Shown here piece after piece: positions 43,991 through 57,640 of a stretch of 64,000 nucleotides of DNA (positions within the stretch are counted from its first letter, which is position 1; each line of letters starts with the position of its first letter). The stretch spans positions 19,406,001 through 19,470,000 of the forward strand of contig OX597815.1 of the NCBI GenBank assembly GCA_951406725.2, given 5' to 3'. A program made the position numbers and the translations under genes. The DNA comes from Octopus vulgaris (lineage: Eukaryota). The notes below the pieces were generated by a model. The model was not told the DNA's origin, made no database searches, and saw only the letters and a list, made by a program, of their open reading frames with translations.

Positions 43991-45494
43991 ATCAAACCCA
44001 ACGTGACAGTTTTTTAAAGGTGACACCTAACCTGCAGTACTTTTCAACTCTTCCGCTTGATCTGTTGAATGTAAAGAGAAATAATTTTAGCGTCGTCTTC
44101 CATAGAATCTCTAGATGAAGACCACTTCTTCAGTAGTACCTCACAATCAACAGAATTGGGAAACTAATGATGACATAGAATTTATGAGGTAACACACGTT
44201 AACTAATTTCAACCTCATCTATAAAATGTGGAATGCATTACTCACCTCACTTTTGTTATGTTCCTTGCTATTATAACTAATGTTAATGCATTTTTAAAGA
44301 GTCCCTTTATCGATATAAAAAGTAAAGTTTACAAACACCATTATTTTCCACCGTCTTTCGTAAATGCAATTTCCTTTCCTACGATGCAACATTTCATGTT
44401 CTTTAAATGCATTTCTTCTTATCTGCCTGTTGAGGTGTAAGCTTCAGATGTTGGCTATTAGTTACAATTCCCCTTAAATGGTTAAGAGCTTCCTGTGGTT
44501 ACAGTTTATGGCTTTTAAATACTTTCATTTGACACATTCATTGTCAGTTTCCTTGTGATATTCCAGGTGGATTTTCAACGGACTCAGTACTATTTCTATG
44601 ACTCTTTTATATTGGCTTTCGTTTATCTCAAAATTTAGAAACACTTCTACGTAGATGTGCTTTTCTTTATTCATTCCCATTCTCATTCCAATTCACCACT
44701 ACTTGACCACTGAAATGCTTGATTTGATATATTAGTAATTTATTTCAGCCTGTTTTCCCTAAAGGCAAAATTGCTACAACACAGCTTGTTCACCCATTTC
44801 TAACACATTTACCCTTTTAATTTGACGTTGCCTTATCCTCTGAACGCGTTCTGGTTTACTGTTTTCTCACTGAGGTTTTAGGATACATTCACAGAGATTA
44901 GGCAGAAACTCGTTTTATGATATACAAACGATATAGCAGTAGTACTCATGCTTTTCATATGCCCTCCAAAACAGAAAATTATATTATACTTTTATTATAT
45001 TTATGATATCTTAATTTTAAGATATTTACTATATATGTTTATTATATCTTATCTATATCATATCTATATATGTTTATTATATCTTATTGCTATTGCTTGC
45101 CTAGTTTTGTTTAAAATTGCTACACTTGAATTCTACTTTGAAGAAAATTTAAGTGCTGCATTCTGTAACGAGACTAGTTTTGTTATTCTAGTGTAGGACA
45201 CAGCTCTAACATGTAATCTTGAAATATTCGTACGCTGAGACTTTATTTAAAAATAACAACTGCAGCTATAATGTGGTTAATGGTGTTCTTCAAACATTGC
45301 CTTGCTTGTTTTAATGTATGATTTCTATTTAAGAAAAAAATCCTGGATTTCAATTACGTATAGCTTTTCATGGGTGAGATTTTTTTCCATGAGGTAACAT
45401 ATTTAATGTAGTTCCGTTTTTATCATTTTATAAGTGGGCACCCAATAGCTTAAATTTGTTTTTAAGCATTAATTCTGTTTATATCTTTTCTTAG

Positions 45495-45503
45495 ATTTGT
45501 GAG
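45495..45503 (+). other. Candidate 9-nt microexon
   Basis: tcttttctTAG|ATTTGTGAG|GTATGT; frame-preserving length. Confidence 0.3.
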
Positions 45504-47099
45504 GTATGTGCTATACATTCTTTTATTTTATACTTTCCCATATGTATATGCGATACTTTTTAATGATTGCGTGTTTCTTTATGGAATATATGCGTTTTTT
45601 TTATTGTTTTAAATAGAAAGTAGCATTTTATTGCATGAAATATACTGTCTTCTACAACTCTATATATTTCATAATAATTTCATGCAGAATGAATCTTTTC
45701 CAACCACTTTGCATATATAAGTGCAGCATCACTTCAATAGTAATTCAGTCGAGTATTCTCTTTCGAGCTTCTTGATAGTGTGTCCTTTTTTTCGTCAATC
45801 CGCCAACATCTGTAAGTCAAAGATTAATACCGCAAATTATGGATTTCCCAATTCCCCCACCCACCCCAGTATCAACTCTCGTTCATGTGATTATTTTTTT
45901 TCTTTTTCTCTCCGATTACTTCTTTGTCTATTGGCATAGTTGGTCGATGATAGATTTATCATTCATTTCATCGTCACTGGATTATTTCCTTTAAGAGATT
46001 TTCTGCTGTCAGCTCTCTTTGCATGATTCAGCATTTCTGTAATTGTTTGGGAATCATCTTCGAATACAGTTTGTTTTTCCTTTTTTTTTTTTTTTTTTTT
46101 TGTTGCTTAGCTACAGGTCAGCACTGATGTAGCTGACATACGATCAAGGATATAATACCAGTAGCCATCCTGTCTCTTTAAACTAGATCTTCCAATATGC
46201 CCTATATTTTTCAAAGCAGTAGGGTGTGATTTGAGATAAGAGGTTTGGTTGGTATTTCTAGCTATTCAAGCGTCCAATTTTCTAGAATACTGTTAAGCTG
46301 TATATCTTCATCCTCTGACCGTCTTCATAAGAATGTGAAGGTTTGCAAGTTAATTTAAACTCACAAGGACTATATACTTTTTGCACATTTGTTTGAATAC
46401 AAATACACAAACATACACTCATACAAAATAATACACTCACACTCATCTTAAGTAATAGTGCACGACGTATCATTGGATAATTTGAAATGCACAATATGCT
46501 TTTTAAATAAATGTATAATTTAAAGTACACAAAGCAACCACATTACAGAGCATTTTCTTTATCTCCCCATAGAAATTTACAGGATAAACCTGACTATCTT
46601 CTGACATATTGGGGATAGACAAACCATCAGTTTTCTGTTCGCGGAGATTATTAGCTTATAATGATAACTAGCTTACATGGTGAGTACAAACTCCGATACA
46701 GTAAAGCTGAACCGACTAGTTTGATGGAGATTTAACAAGACTAGAAAGGAGTCATGACATTGATCCCGTTTCTGCCAAAGACGATAAACAAACGAAAAAA
46801 TCCCCTGTGGAATTAGCAATTATCAGAGCGGAGATAAATTGTATATGTATTAAACAGAATACACTACATTTCAAAGGATCAAAAACATTTGCGTAGTACA
46901 TTATTAATTTATTAATTCAACCAAGTTTTAGTGCATGCATTTGTTATGCGAATGATACAGACCACATTTGTTTTACAATAGATAGTAATAATCAATCAGG
47001 TTGCGTAGAGAAAAAAAAATTATTTTTCTTCTGACGAAGCCATAAGATAATGGACTGATCAGCCTCATCCCAATTTCAGGCTATAGTTTATGTGCTATA

Positions 47100-47520
47100 A
47101 GGCGGCGAGCTGGCAGAAACGTTAGCACGTCGGGCGAAATGCTTAGCGGTATTTCGTCTGCCGTTACGTTGTGAGTTCAAATTCCGCCGCGGTTGACTTT
47201 GTCTTTCATCGTTTCGGGGTCGATAAATTAAGTACCAGTTACTCACTGGGGTCGGGTCGATATAATCGACTTAATCCGTCTGTCTGTCCTTGTTTGTCCT
47301 CTCTGTGCTTAGCCCCTTGTGGGTAGTAAAGAAATAGGTTTGTCGTCCGCCGTTACGTTCTGAGTTCAAATTCCGCCCAGGTCGATTTTACCTTTCATTC
47401 TTTCGAGGTCGATAAATTAAGTACCAGTTACGCACTGGGGTCGATATAATCGACTTATTCCGTTTGCCTGTCCTTGTTTGTCCTCTCCGTGTTTAGTCCC
47501 TTGTGGGTAGTAAAGAATCT
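47100..47520 (+). mobile_element. SINE family F1, dimeric copy with 14-bp TSD
   Basis: Head plus two body units; tagtttatgtgcta occurs at 47084-47097 and 47525-47538. Confidence 0.92.
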
Positions 47521-47767
47521 ATATTAGTTTATGTGCTAGTTTATGTTTACTTTTCATAGCGAATTACATGTTCGTTCAAACGATACATCTTTCATACCAA
47601 GCCATGCTTACACACACATACACACACACACATTCGCACACACATATATACATATGAATGTGCATATATATTAATACATATATCTATGGGAATTAGTCTG
47701 CTCTTCTTTTGGGGGGAAGAATTCTAGCATTTCATGGTTTTTAAGCGTATCTGTCGTCACATGTGTT

Positions 47768-47771
<4 letters not shown>

Positions 47772-47807
<36 letters not shown>

Positions 47808-48210
47808 AATGTATGTATGTATGTGTGTATGTATGTATGTATGTATGTATGTATGTATGTATGTATGTATGTATGTATGTATGTATGTATGTATGTATGT
47901 ATGTATGCATGTATGGTTTTGATTTTGGGGAAAACTGTTCCGCTTACAAATTGTATTTGCCGTGTATGAATTAACGTGTTGGGCTATTTTTTTTTTGAAA
48001 ACCCCATATGATCTAAATGTATGTATGTGTGCATGCATGTATGAATGTATGTATGTATATAGGTATGTATATAGGTATGTATGTATGTATGTATGTATGT
48101 ATGTATGTATGTATGTATGTAGGTAGGTAGGTAGGTATGTATGTATGTAAGTATGTATGTATGTGTGTGTATGTATGTATGTATGTATGTATGTATATAT
48201 GTATGTATAT
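47772..48210 (+). repeat. (TA)n/(TATG)n microsatellite cluster
   Basis: Directly visible. Confidence 0.9.
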
Positions 48211-48851
48211 GACAATGTATGTATGTGTGCATTATGTATATATGTACGTGCATAAGTAGGTGTTCTAACTATTGATTCACCATTATAAAGCAGCACCTTG
48301 GATTTCAATGAAAAAATAATTACACTATAACGGCAATATTGACAACTTTGTCTACTATTTATCTATGTTTGTCTACCTCTCGGCTTGCCTTCCAGTCCAT
48401 CTGCCCTCCCATACCCAGACTGTCTCCCTCTTTCACTCTAGCTTTCTAACCCCAACTCTCTCTTCATTCTTTCTCGTTCTAATTGTTTCACTTGAGTGAA
48501 TATTATTTGGCCATGGTTTTTTTTATCTTACCGGCTATCAGACATTAGTTTCTTCCGTTTTCTTATCATTAGGCGATAAACAAATATAGACAAGTCATCA
48601 CTTTTTATATAAGGAATGTCGAATGAAATAAAAACTAAAAATACACGAGAAGAAAGAAAAGTTTCTAAAAGAGAAAAATTCAATCAGCTTTCAAAACCTC
48701 TTTCACAATTCCAAAATTAAACTGCATCATTTTACATATATTTTCTTCCTAAACATTTTTCCACATCAACATTTAAGTATAATAATAACTTGACAAAAAT
48801 GTTTAAACTCAGCTATGAGTGTATATTTTTTTGTTCGCGTGGGTGTTTATA

Positions 48852-48893
<42 letters not shown>

Positions 48894-48970
48894 CTACATA
48901 ATGTAGGAGAGAGAGAGAGATAAACGGACAGACAGATAGATAGACATTCAGAGAGCTAGATAAATAAATA

Positions 48971-49079
<109 letters not shown>

Positions 49080-49599
49080 AAATATTAATATAATTTGTTT
49101 CTGTAGTTCACTAATGTGACATAACATCGACAAATTTAAGCGGTTCTAGTCTTGACATTGATGAATATGATGTCATGGCGTGTACGTACACACAGACGCA
49201 TTCATACAAGCATACGCATACATGCACATACACATATGCCATACAGAATCATACCTAAAAAGTGAACACTTAGACTAAAGACAAAACATGTCTAACTGGT
49301 TACAAAGAACTAAGAGATTGCATGTATGCATGTACGTATGTATGTATGTATGTATGTATGTATGTATGTATGTATGTATGTATGTATGTATGTATGTGTG
49401 TATGTGCGTGTGTATGTGTATGTATATATGTGTATGTGTGTTACTTACAGATACACGTATGTAATACACCATGTATTAAATCTCAAAAGTACTCAACGAC
49501 ATTCAGAAGTGCGACGTATGTCTATATGCTAAACGTGAATAACAAAGCCGTTAAGAGAACATAAAGCAAGTATAGATGTAAATATCTATTTCTGTCATC

Positions 49600-49651
<52 letters not shown>

Positions 49652-49730
49652 TGCATACACATACACACGCACACTCACCCACATGTAGACATGAGCCCAT
49701 TCAGTGATACACACACATATATATACATAC

Positions 49731-49763
<33 letters not shown>

Positions 49764-50919
49764 AATTTAAAATAAGGGTGAGAAATTAGATATTAATTTA
49801 ATTAACATCGATTTCACACCAGTGGTCTAGCTTAAAAAAACTGATGGTTCAGTAAAACTGTATAATATATATATTAGGGGGAAACCATATTAGGGTGTCC
49901 ACATAGTGGTTTCTCCTTAATATATATATATATATATATACATAAGAGAACAAGGTGTACGTACGCTGCTCTTGTCCCATTTTTTTATTTTACATGCATA
50001 CGTACATACATACATACATACAGAGGAAGGGAGAGAGATTGAGAGACAGGAAGAGAGACGAAATAGAGAGAGAGACAGAAAGAACCACACATATCTTTTT
50101 CAAGTGTCTAGAGATATAGCTGACCAAGATGCTCCTATTTCGATAGGCCGATGATCTCGTATAGATAAAATGCTATTAATGATATCTAGAATATTCCACG
50201 TGATATGCTCACAAAATCATACAACGACATATAGCATATACATGTGTATGTGAGCACGCATGAATGTATTTATGTGTATATGATATGGTAGTATATAAAT
50301 GTGTTTATACTATGAAAACAGTATCAATATTCAAAGCAAAATTAGCGTACCTGAATCTATACAATAATCTGATAAATTAATCTAAGTTGTTTTCTTTAGT
50401 CAAAGGTAGCAGCTAATTTTGTAATAATCCTGCAGTTTATTTGAGACTCAGTGAAAGCCTGTCAGAAAAAGTTGCAATCAATGGTACTCTCTTATCTCTT
50501 CTTTCTAATTGATAACAGGAACTAAAAATGATAAAAAAACAAATGATGAGAGTTCTCCTTCCACACCCTTACCTTATAAATCAATCGATTTTGTTTTTCA
50601 GCGTGCACAATCCGATCATCAATAAACCACGTAATTCATAAGCTATTTACAGAGTTTGCAGAGATAAGTTTTATAGAAGATAGAGAAATAAAGAGTGAGG
50701 TTTATTCTTGATTTACTTGGACAAACATCAAAGAAAACAACGTAAAGTTAGCCAAAAACTGAAAACGTTCATAATCCTTCGGTACAAATGATACCGCAAT
50801 TTTAAACAGATGGAAACAATTTACACCGTTTGATGTACTCGCCTGTGTGTGTATATGCATGTGTATGTATGTGAGGGAGAGAGTATGCGTGTGTGCACAC
50901 GAACGCATGTTCGTACATT

Positions 50920-50966
<47 letters not shown>

Positions 50967-51164
50967 ATATATTTAAATATATATATTTAAATATATATAT
51001 ATTTACACTAAGATGAGCACTAAATAGTAGTGGACATCCATTAATATATGTATGTTTATATATATATATATGAATATTAGTGTGTATACATACATATATA
51101 TGTATGTATGTGTATACAGATATAAATACATGCATATATATATATGTATATATGTGTGTATATA

Positions 51165-51208
<44 letters not shown>

Positions 51209-52081
51209 TATGTATGTGTGTGCACGAAGACCATCTACGCACACATTACGAGAGAGATAGGGTGGAAGGAACGAATGAGGGAAAGAGAAAGAGAACTTTA
51301 AACAGTGAAAGAGACGAATTCTTTTAGTATAGAGATCGTGGATAAATTATTGCAGTCGTAGTTTTCCTATCTTGAGTTTAAATCATGTTTTACCCTTTTT
51401 CTGTAGCTTAGGAGCGACAATTCCTTGTTCATTTGCTCAGATATAAAGTTTGTATAAGATGTGTCATCCTGTCAGGATTATACTAGACGAAAACTGGCGT
51501 CCTATAGAATGTCGCGATTGCGCCTGTGGAGCAGAGTGTTCAAATGTAAAAGGAGTGAAAATGCAGTGAAAACATTTGAGGATTTTTAATATATCCATAT
51601 TGTCATATTGATTTGGAATGTCGTTCTAAAATTCCTCATATTTTTAGTTAACAATTTATGTAAATTCATTGTTAATTGGAGACGTATTCTTTTCTTTCCG
51701 AGCTTTATTCATTGATTGAATGGGAATAAGTCACTGTTGAAACATGTTGTTGCGAAAGGTACAACCATATTTCTATAGTTCATTCGTGCATCTTCCTCAC
51801 ACATGACCTCATTTCCTTTCTTCATCCTGCTATGTGACTGAAATATTTACATCCGCACTATGATTTTTGTTCACTCTACTCACTCACTGTCACTTCATAA
51901 CAATTCCCTTATATATACATATATTTATATATAGAATTCATAAATGAGGGCAAAGGAAAAAATTTCTAATGCCAAATATGCCAAAAAAATTGGACATATT
52001 GTCCATTAACCATATAATTTTTGCACAATACGCACGCTACTCGAAAAAAGGTCGACAGAAATTTCTAAAAAATTCCATTAT

Positions 52082-52139
52082 TACCATATCGGACCGATTT
52101 CAGAGTTAGCTACTAAGAGCCCTCTCTTCGTCAGTGATA
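52082..52139 (-). ncRNA. Type I hammerhead ribozyme motif, canonical core
   Basis: Minus strand: TATCA CTGACGA AGAG-loop-CTCT GAAA TCGG T CCGA TA TGGTA; predicted cleavage between 52087 and 52086. Confidence 0.8.
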
Positions 52140-52583
52140 CATGTGGCAAAATAAATAAATGAGATACTTACTTATACCCATGGAAGAAGCAAATACTAAG
52201 TCATGGGCACAACTAAGTACCCCAAATACATCCAAAATAGAAATACTCCAGCCCATTCGAGGCACGTCCGATTTGAACTGAGGCTCTCACAGAGTGAGTT
52301 AGTTAGTTCGGAAGTGAACGCTTTCATTTATATCAAATGTGAGGATAAAATTCTTTTCGAAAAAAAATATTTTCTCGAAAAAAATTTTATCAATGGCCAG
52401 CATATTAAAAAATACCTTTAACGGTTAAATTTATAAACGATTCATAAATGAGGGCAAAGGAAAAATTTCTAATGCCAAATATGCCAAAAAATTGGACATA
52501 TTGTCCATTAACCATATAATTTTTTCACAATGCGCACGCTACTCGAAAAAAGGTCGACAGAAGTTTCTAAAAAATTCCATTAT

Positions 52584-52641
52584 TACCATATCGGACCGAT
52601 TTCAGAGTTAGCTACTAAGAGCCCTCTCTTCGTCAGTGATA
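52584..52641 (-). ncRNA. Type I hammerhead ribozyme motif, identical second copy
   Basis: Same sequence as 52082-52139; predicted cleavage between 52589 and 52588. Confidence 0.8.
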
Positions 52642-52697
52642 CATGTGGCAAAGGAAATAAATGAGATACTTACTTCTTTTGCCACATGTATCACATT

Positions 52698-52740
<43 letters not shown>

Positions 52741-54185
52741 AATACCCAGCATCTCACACATGTTTTAGTCCCTGAATCCGTTCACATTACAGTAAAAGTA
52801 TTTGCAGATTTCGAAGACTTTTATACTGTCATGTTGCTCTGGAATGTCTTTCTAAAATTCTTCCTATTCTCAGATATTATTTGTATCTAACAATTTATCT
52901 AAATTCATTGTTGATTGGGGATGTATTCTATTCTCTCCCGGCTTTATTCACTGATTGAAGCAGAATAAGTTATTATTGATATATGTTTTATAGCGAAAGG
53001 TACACGCGTACTGAATACAATACATGAAAATAAAGCTAGTATAAAATATATTGACACTCCTCATATATCTGAGCATATATATTATTTTTAAATATTATTT
53101 TAACATAATTCTAAAGTAGTCATTCATTTTTACTTAGTGTCTTTTTGTATAATAAAGGCCGATGACAAAGGCTTTCGAATATAATGGCAAAAAGGAAAGC
53201 ATAGCTTGCCGAAAACAGAAAAAAAAGGTCGTATTGTATGAACCGTTATCGACAAAATTTGCCAATCAACATAACTTACGACAGGCTCCTAACACTGACT
53301 GTAGGTTGTTCCATCGGTGCATCTGTCACATCAATCTCACCCGTCTAAAAGCGCCTGTAAAGGTCATTGGCACTGTCCCTACGATGAAATGTAGCTAACT
53401 CATCAATCCTGTAGAGTTAATAGATTGATTCACTTAAAATCGGTTTCATTGGGGAAATAGCAATTAAATGGTCTTTCTTCAAGTAAGAGACTTAACACTA
53501 ATGGGATTGCATAGTTAATACACCCTTTATAAACAATATAAAAGACAGCTACACTTGTCAAGGAGTTGATGGATTTAGTAAAAATATAGCTTGGAGTGGA
53601 ATAATTTTCACTATCAGTAACTTTATATGGTAATTTACTCAGACACGTAGTATAGCATCAGTAAAAATATATAAATAAACGAGAGATGACATAAAATGTA
53701 GCATAACGTAAAATAATAAACAGGAATCCATTTATTATAACACCTTGCAATTTGTTTTTACAGTCGCTTCGTATGCACTGAAAGACACGCGAACGTGCAC
53801 GCATATGGTTATAAACATATTTTATACATATAAACACGCGTATACATTCACATGAAAGAGAGATAGAAATAAATAATTCAAAGCATTTGGTTCGGAATTC
53901 TACGTTTCTGCAATTCCAATAGGCTTCAATTAATTAACAGCAATATTAATTAATATAAATGTGATTGGATGAGGAATTGAAGTGTAAACAGTGAGAAAAC
54001 AAAATTATTAGTACAGAGGAAAAGAGTTTCACGCACAAATACGAACATAGTGACACATATCCATATTGGCGTATGCATAATTTTAAGATAATTACATAGA
54101 AAGCGAAGTAAACATGAATATATAGTTTTTATGAATGTTGCAAAAGATGTATATATATATATATGTGTGTGTGTGTGTGGATGTG

Positions 54186-54488
54186 TAATGGCCCAGTATT
54201 TAGGGCAGCGGACTCGCGGTTGTAGGATCGCGGTTTCGATTCCCAAGACCGCGCGTTGTGAGCGTTTATTGAAGGAAAACACCTATAGTTCCACGAGGCT
54301 CCTGCAGGGATGGGTGGCGATCCCTGCTGTACTCTTTCGCCATAATTTTCTCTCACTCTTTCTTGTGTTGGCCTACTCGCTTAGCCAGCGGGGTGGCGTC
54401 ATTTGAAGGCTAAAACAATGCGAAGCGCATTGTGACCTGCGATGTATAGCAACATCTGATAGCCTGGTCTGTCACGTGGTCACGTGGT

Positions 54489-54490
<2 letters not shown>
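54186..54490 (+). mobile_element. tRNA-derived SINE, head B plus tail X
   Basis: Homologous to 21059-21370. Confidence 0.88.
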
Positions 54491-54543
<53 letters not shown>

Positions 54544-54592
54544 AACATTTTTAATGTTATTGCATCAGCTATATCTGCGGTGCGTCAACATA

Positions 54593-55232
54593 TACGAGGG
54601 GTCACCCCAAAGAAACCGGAATTTTGCAATATTATTTTATTCAGAAAATTATTCTTCTAAATCTCACAGCGAAAGATATTCAGCCACCGTACTTTGGAGT
54701 AAAGATTATTTGCCAAGATACCTTGGCAGTCCTGGTTCAGAACAAATGTTGCTGTAATCTACAGTAACATTCGTCGTAAACCAGGACTACCATGGTATGT
54801 TGGCAAATAATCTTTACTCTATTATTTTATTCATTTAGTTTTTCATGTTTACACTTTCATCGACTTCAAAGTATTCGCCATTTGAAGCAATGCATCGATC
54901 CAGGCACGTCTTCCACTATTCGAAGCAGTGCTGGAACTCTTGCAAAATGATGCCTTTTAACGCCTCCGTCGTTTTTTCCTTCACCTCTTCCACATCTGTA
55001 AACTCTGTAAGACCAGATTTCGTCACCAATAACGACTTTCGAAAAAATATTTGGATCAGTTCACGGTAGGCATCCAGTCGTGACTGCTTTTGTTATTCCG
55101 TGAGCAAGCGTGACACAAATTTTGCTGCAGCTCTTTTCATTCGCAATTACTCGCTCAAGGAGCTCCAGGACGCACCAGCCATATCAACAAGTTTGTCAAT
55201 TGTACGGTGAAGCTCCTTCAAGATCAGTTCAC
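54593..55232 (-). mobile_element. Internally deleted mariner transposon remnant
   Basis: TA-CGAGGGG terminus at 54593; minus translation gives DVEEVKEKTTEALKGI..EFQHCFE*WKTCLDRCIASNGEYFE and [26 protein letters not shown] (mariner WVPRxL/TGDETW-like); stops and deletion. Confidence 0.88.
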
Positions 55233-55261
55233 TTATATATGCTCATGTATATATATATATA

Positions 55262-55317
<56 letters not shown>

Positions 55318-55330
55318 TATATTTTCTATG

Positions 55331-55384
<54 letters not shown>

Positions 55385-55403
55385 ATATAAATATATGTAT
55401 GTG

Positions 55404-55453
<50 letters not shown>

Positions 55454-55797
55454 ATTAGAGGATATGTTAAGCTCGTGAAAGGATGGTTGCATTGAAGGAA
55501 ATACCGGTTCAATACCTAGTATTGTTGAGGAATGAAATTCCCTTAAAAGTATAGGTATATATTATATATTACGCATATAATTTATATCCAGTTAAAAGAA
55601 GAAAAGCAGATGGTGATAAAAAAAATTATTCGAACAATTTGTTTATAATTGCATATGTGTGTGCGCGCGCGCGTGTGTGTGTGTGTATGTATGTATGTAT
55701 ATACGTACGTATGTTTATTTGTATATGTATACATGAAGTCATAAAGAGAGAAAGAGACAGATAGGTAGCTAGCTACCCACCTAGAGAGACAGACAGT

Positions 55798-55897
<100 letters not shown>

Positions 55898-57324
55898 CAC
55901 ACACGTCATCGATAGAAACTACTTCTTAACGTTTTCGTCCATTTAGATTTGGCTTATCTGGAATTTCAGCAATGCAAAATGTTATCAGTTCAATATATTT
56001 CATTCCCTCGTTACCTGAATGAGCAAACATGAGGCGAAACTGCGTAGTAAAAGAGTGTATCATCAACTGATTCGGAACGACTAAAGAACTATACCGTGTA
56101 TTGAATACTTTTCTGGTATTTGTAAAGAACACAGCATCATAAATACACACATATTATACGTGCGTATGTTTTGTACAAGTATACATACACACGCACGCAC
56201 ATACGCACACGCACACACGCACACGCACACACACATATATATATATATATATATGTATGTATATATGTATATATACATTCATTAATACTTGCATTGACAA
56301 ATACATGCATATTTACATATACAGTGTGTCTCCTATGTAAATGAAAGCCGTTCTATAGTGAAGTCGAGTCATTTTTCTTTACACCTCCCCTACATATTCA
56401 TAGACTGGTGCCAACGTAAGAAATCATTAGCTGTTACATTATTTAAAAGTTGATAAATGTGCGTGTTTCAGTGTGTCATATGTGTTATACTGAAACTGAA
56501 ATACGCTTTCTTACATAACTTAAACTCGCCAGTAATAACATATCTTATATTCCATTGATTTTTTTTTTCTCTTCATGACTGTAAGTCTACTTGCTACGCA
56601 CACATCACATTTTATTTCAATTTTCAATTTATTGTTAATAATGTTATATTTTTAAATTTAATATTTAGCAATATTACGGTGGTGGATTAACAAATTCGGT
56701 AGAACAGCATTGAATGAAATAACAGCCCGCATATAGTTACGGTATCTAACACTCTGAGTTCAGATGTTGCTAGGGGCGACATAATACATAATGGTAAATA
56801 GTGTTATTGTTGTACCAGATGTAATTGTTGTTGGTATTATCCACAGGTCAGCTCTTACCGGGAGGTTCATTCCAACATATATTCCCGCTTTCTTTCTGAT
56901 ATTCTATAGCTACACGGTTACTGAAAAAGTCCCTTCGGAATTAAAGAAACTGGCTCACAAAAAGGATCAGTTAAGATACGTAATGTACATAATGTCTCAT
57001 CGTCTTTCTGTCTCTGCCTCACAAAACACACTTTCTCACCATAAACTTCACCCATTAACTGATTCATTAACTGACTACCCAACCCTTAGTAGCCAATAAC
57101 TTAGGGATTCCAAGATGGAATCATGTACCAGCACCTCAAACCATTTTTGGCAGTTGACTTACATATAAGAAGACAACTGAACTGGATCATAATTGTGCTG
57201 CGTCTCATTTTAAGACAATGAATCCGCTCTCATGTCTTTAATAGAGACTTCTACTCACATACAGACGCGTGCACGCACATACATTCACGAAAGCATACAC
57301 ACAAAAACAAGTATATATATATTT

Positions 57325-57460
57325 TTTTTCTCTCCTTGTTTTTTCTGTGTCCCTTTCTGTAGAAGAGCGTAGGCTCGAAACGTAAAAGACTTTTTTCTAT
57401 TCCTGAGCGTTATACTAATACATCAGTTTGTCTTCGTCTTTTTTTTTTTCGTAAACTCTC

Positions 57461-57464
<4 letters not shown>
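57325..57464 (+). mobile_element. Short HHR-like cassette family, copy 2
   Basis: CTTT CTGTAGAA GAGC gtag GCTC GAAA CG TA AAAG at 57353-57388; (TA)n on both sides. Confidence 0.68.
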
Positions 57465-57495
<31 letters not shown>

Positions 57496-57529
57496 CATGT
57501 TTCAGTACTTATGTGTTGGGGTGGTTTTT

Positions 57530-57640
57530 CACGCCTAGTACTTATTCTATCGGTCTTTTGTATTCAAACACCAATTCACGGGGACGGAAACAAGCCAAGA
57601 CCGGTCATCAAGCGACGATAGCGGACAAGAACAAACAGAA
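57530..57640 (-). mobile_element. Decayed SINE family C 3' fragment
   Basis: cctagtacttattctatcggtct and ggggac resemble the reverse complement of 12935-13030. Confidence 0.55.

Larger units (their letters stand above)
51936..52694 (-). mobile_element. Non-autonomous PLE/retrozyme-like element: two ~237-bp direct repeats each with an HHR, a 266-bp spacer and a short inverted terminus
   Basis: 51936-52173 and 52440-52675 are nearly identical; 52674-52694 is the reverse complement of ~52636-52656; (TA)n on both flanks. Confidence 0.85.
51563..53005 (+). repeat. Old diverged direct duplication (~51563-51783 and ~52790-53005)
   Basis: Shared ctgtcat..tggaatgtc.ttctaaaattc, acaattta..taaattcattgtt, gctttattca.tgattgaa and gcgaaaggtaca blocks. 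Confidence 0.7.

Noticed and set aside
52203-52421. 72-aa ORF in the spacer of the double-HHR element
   Set aside because: Antisense to the ribozymes, short and without recognisable homology.
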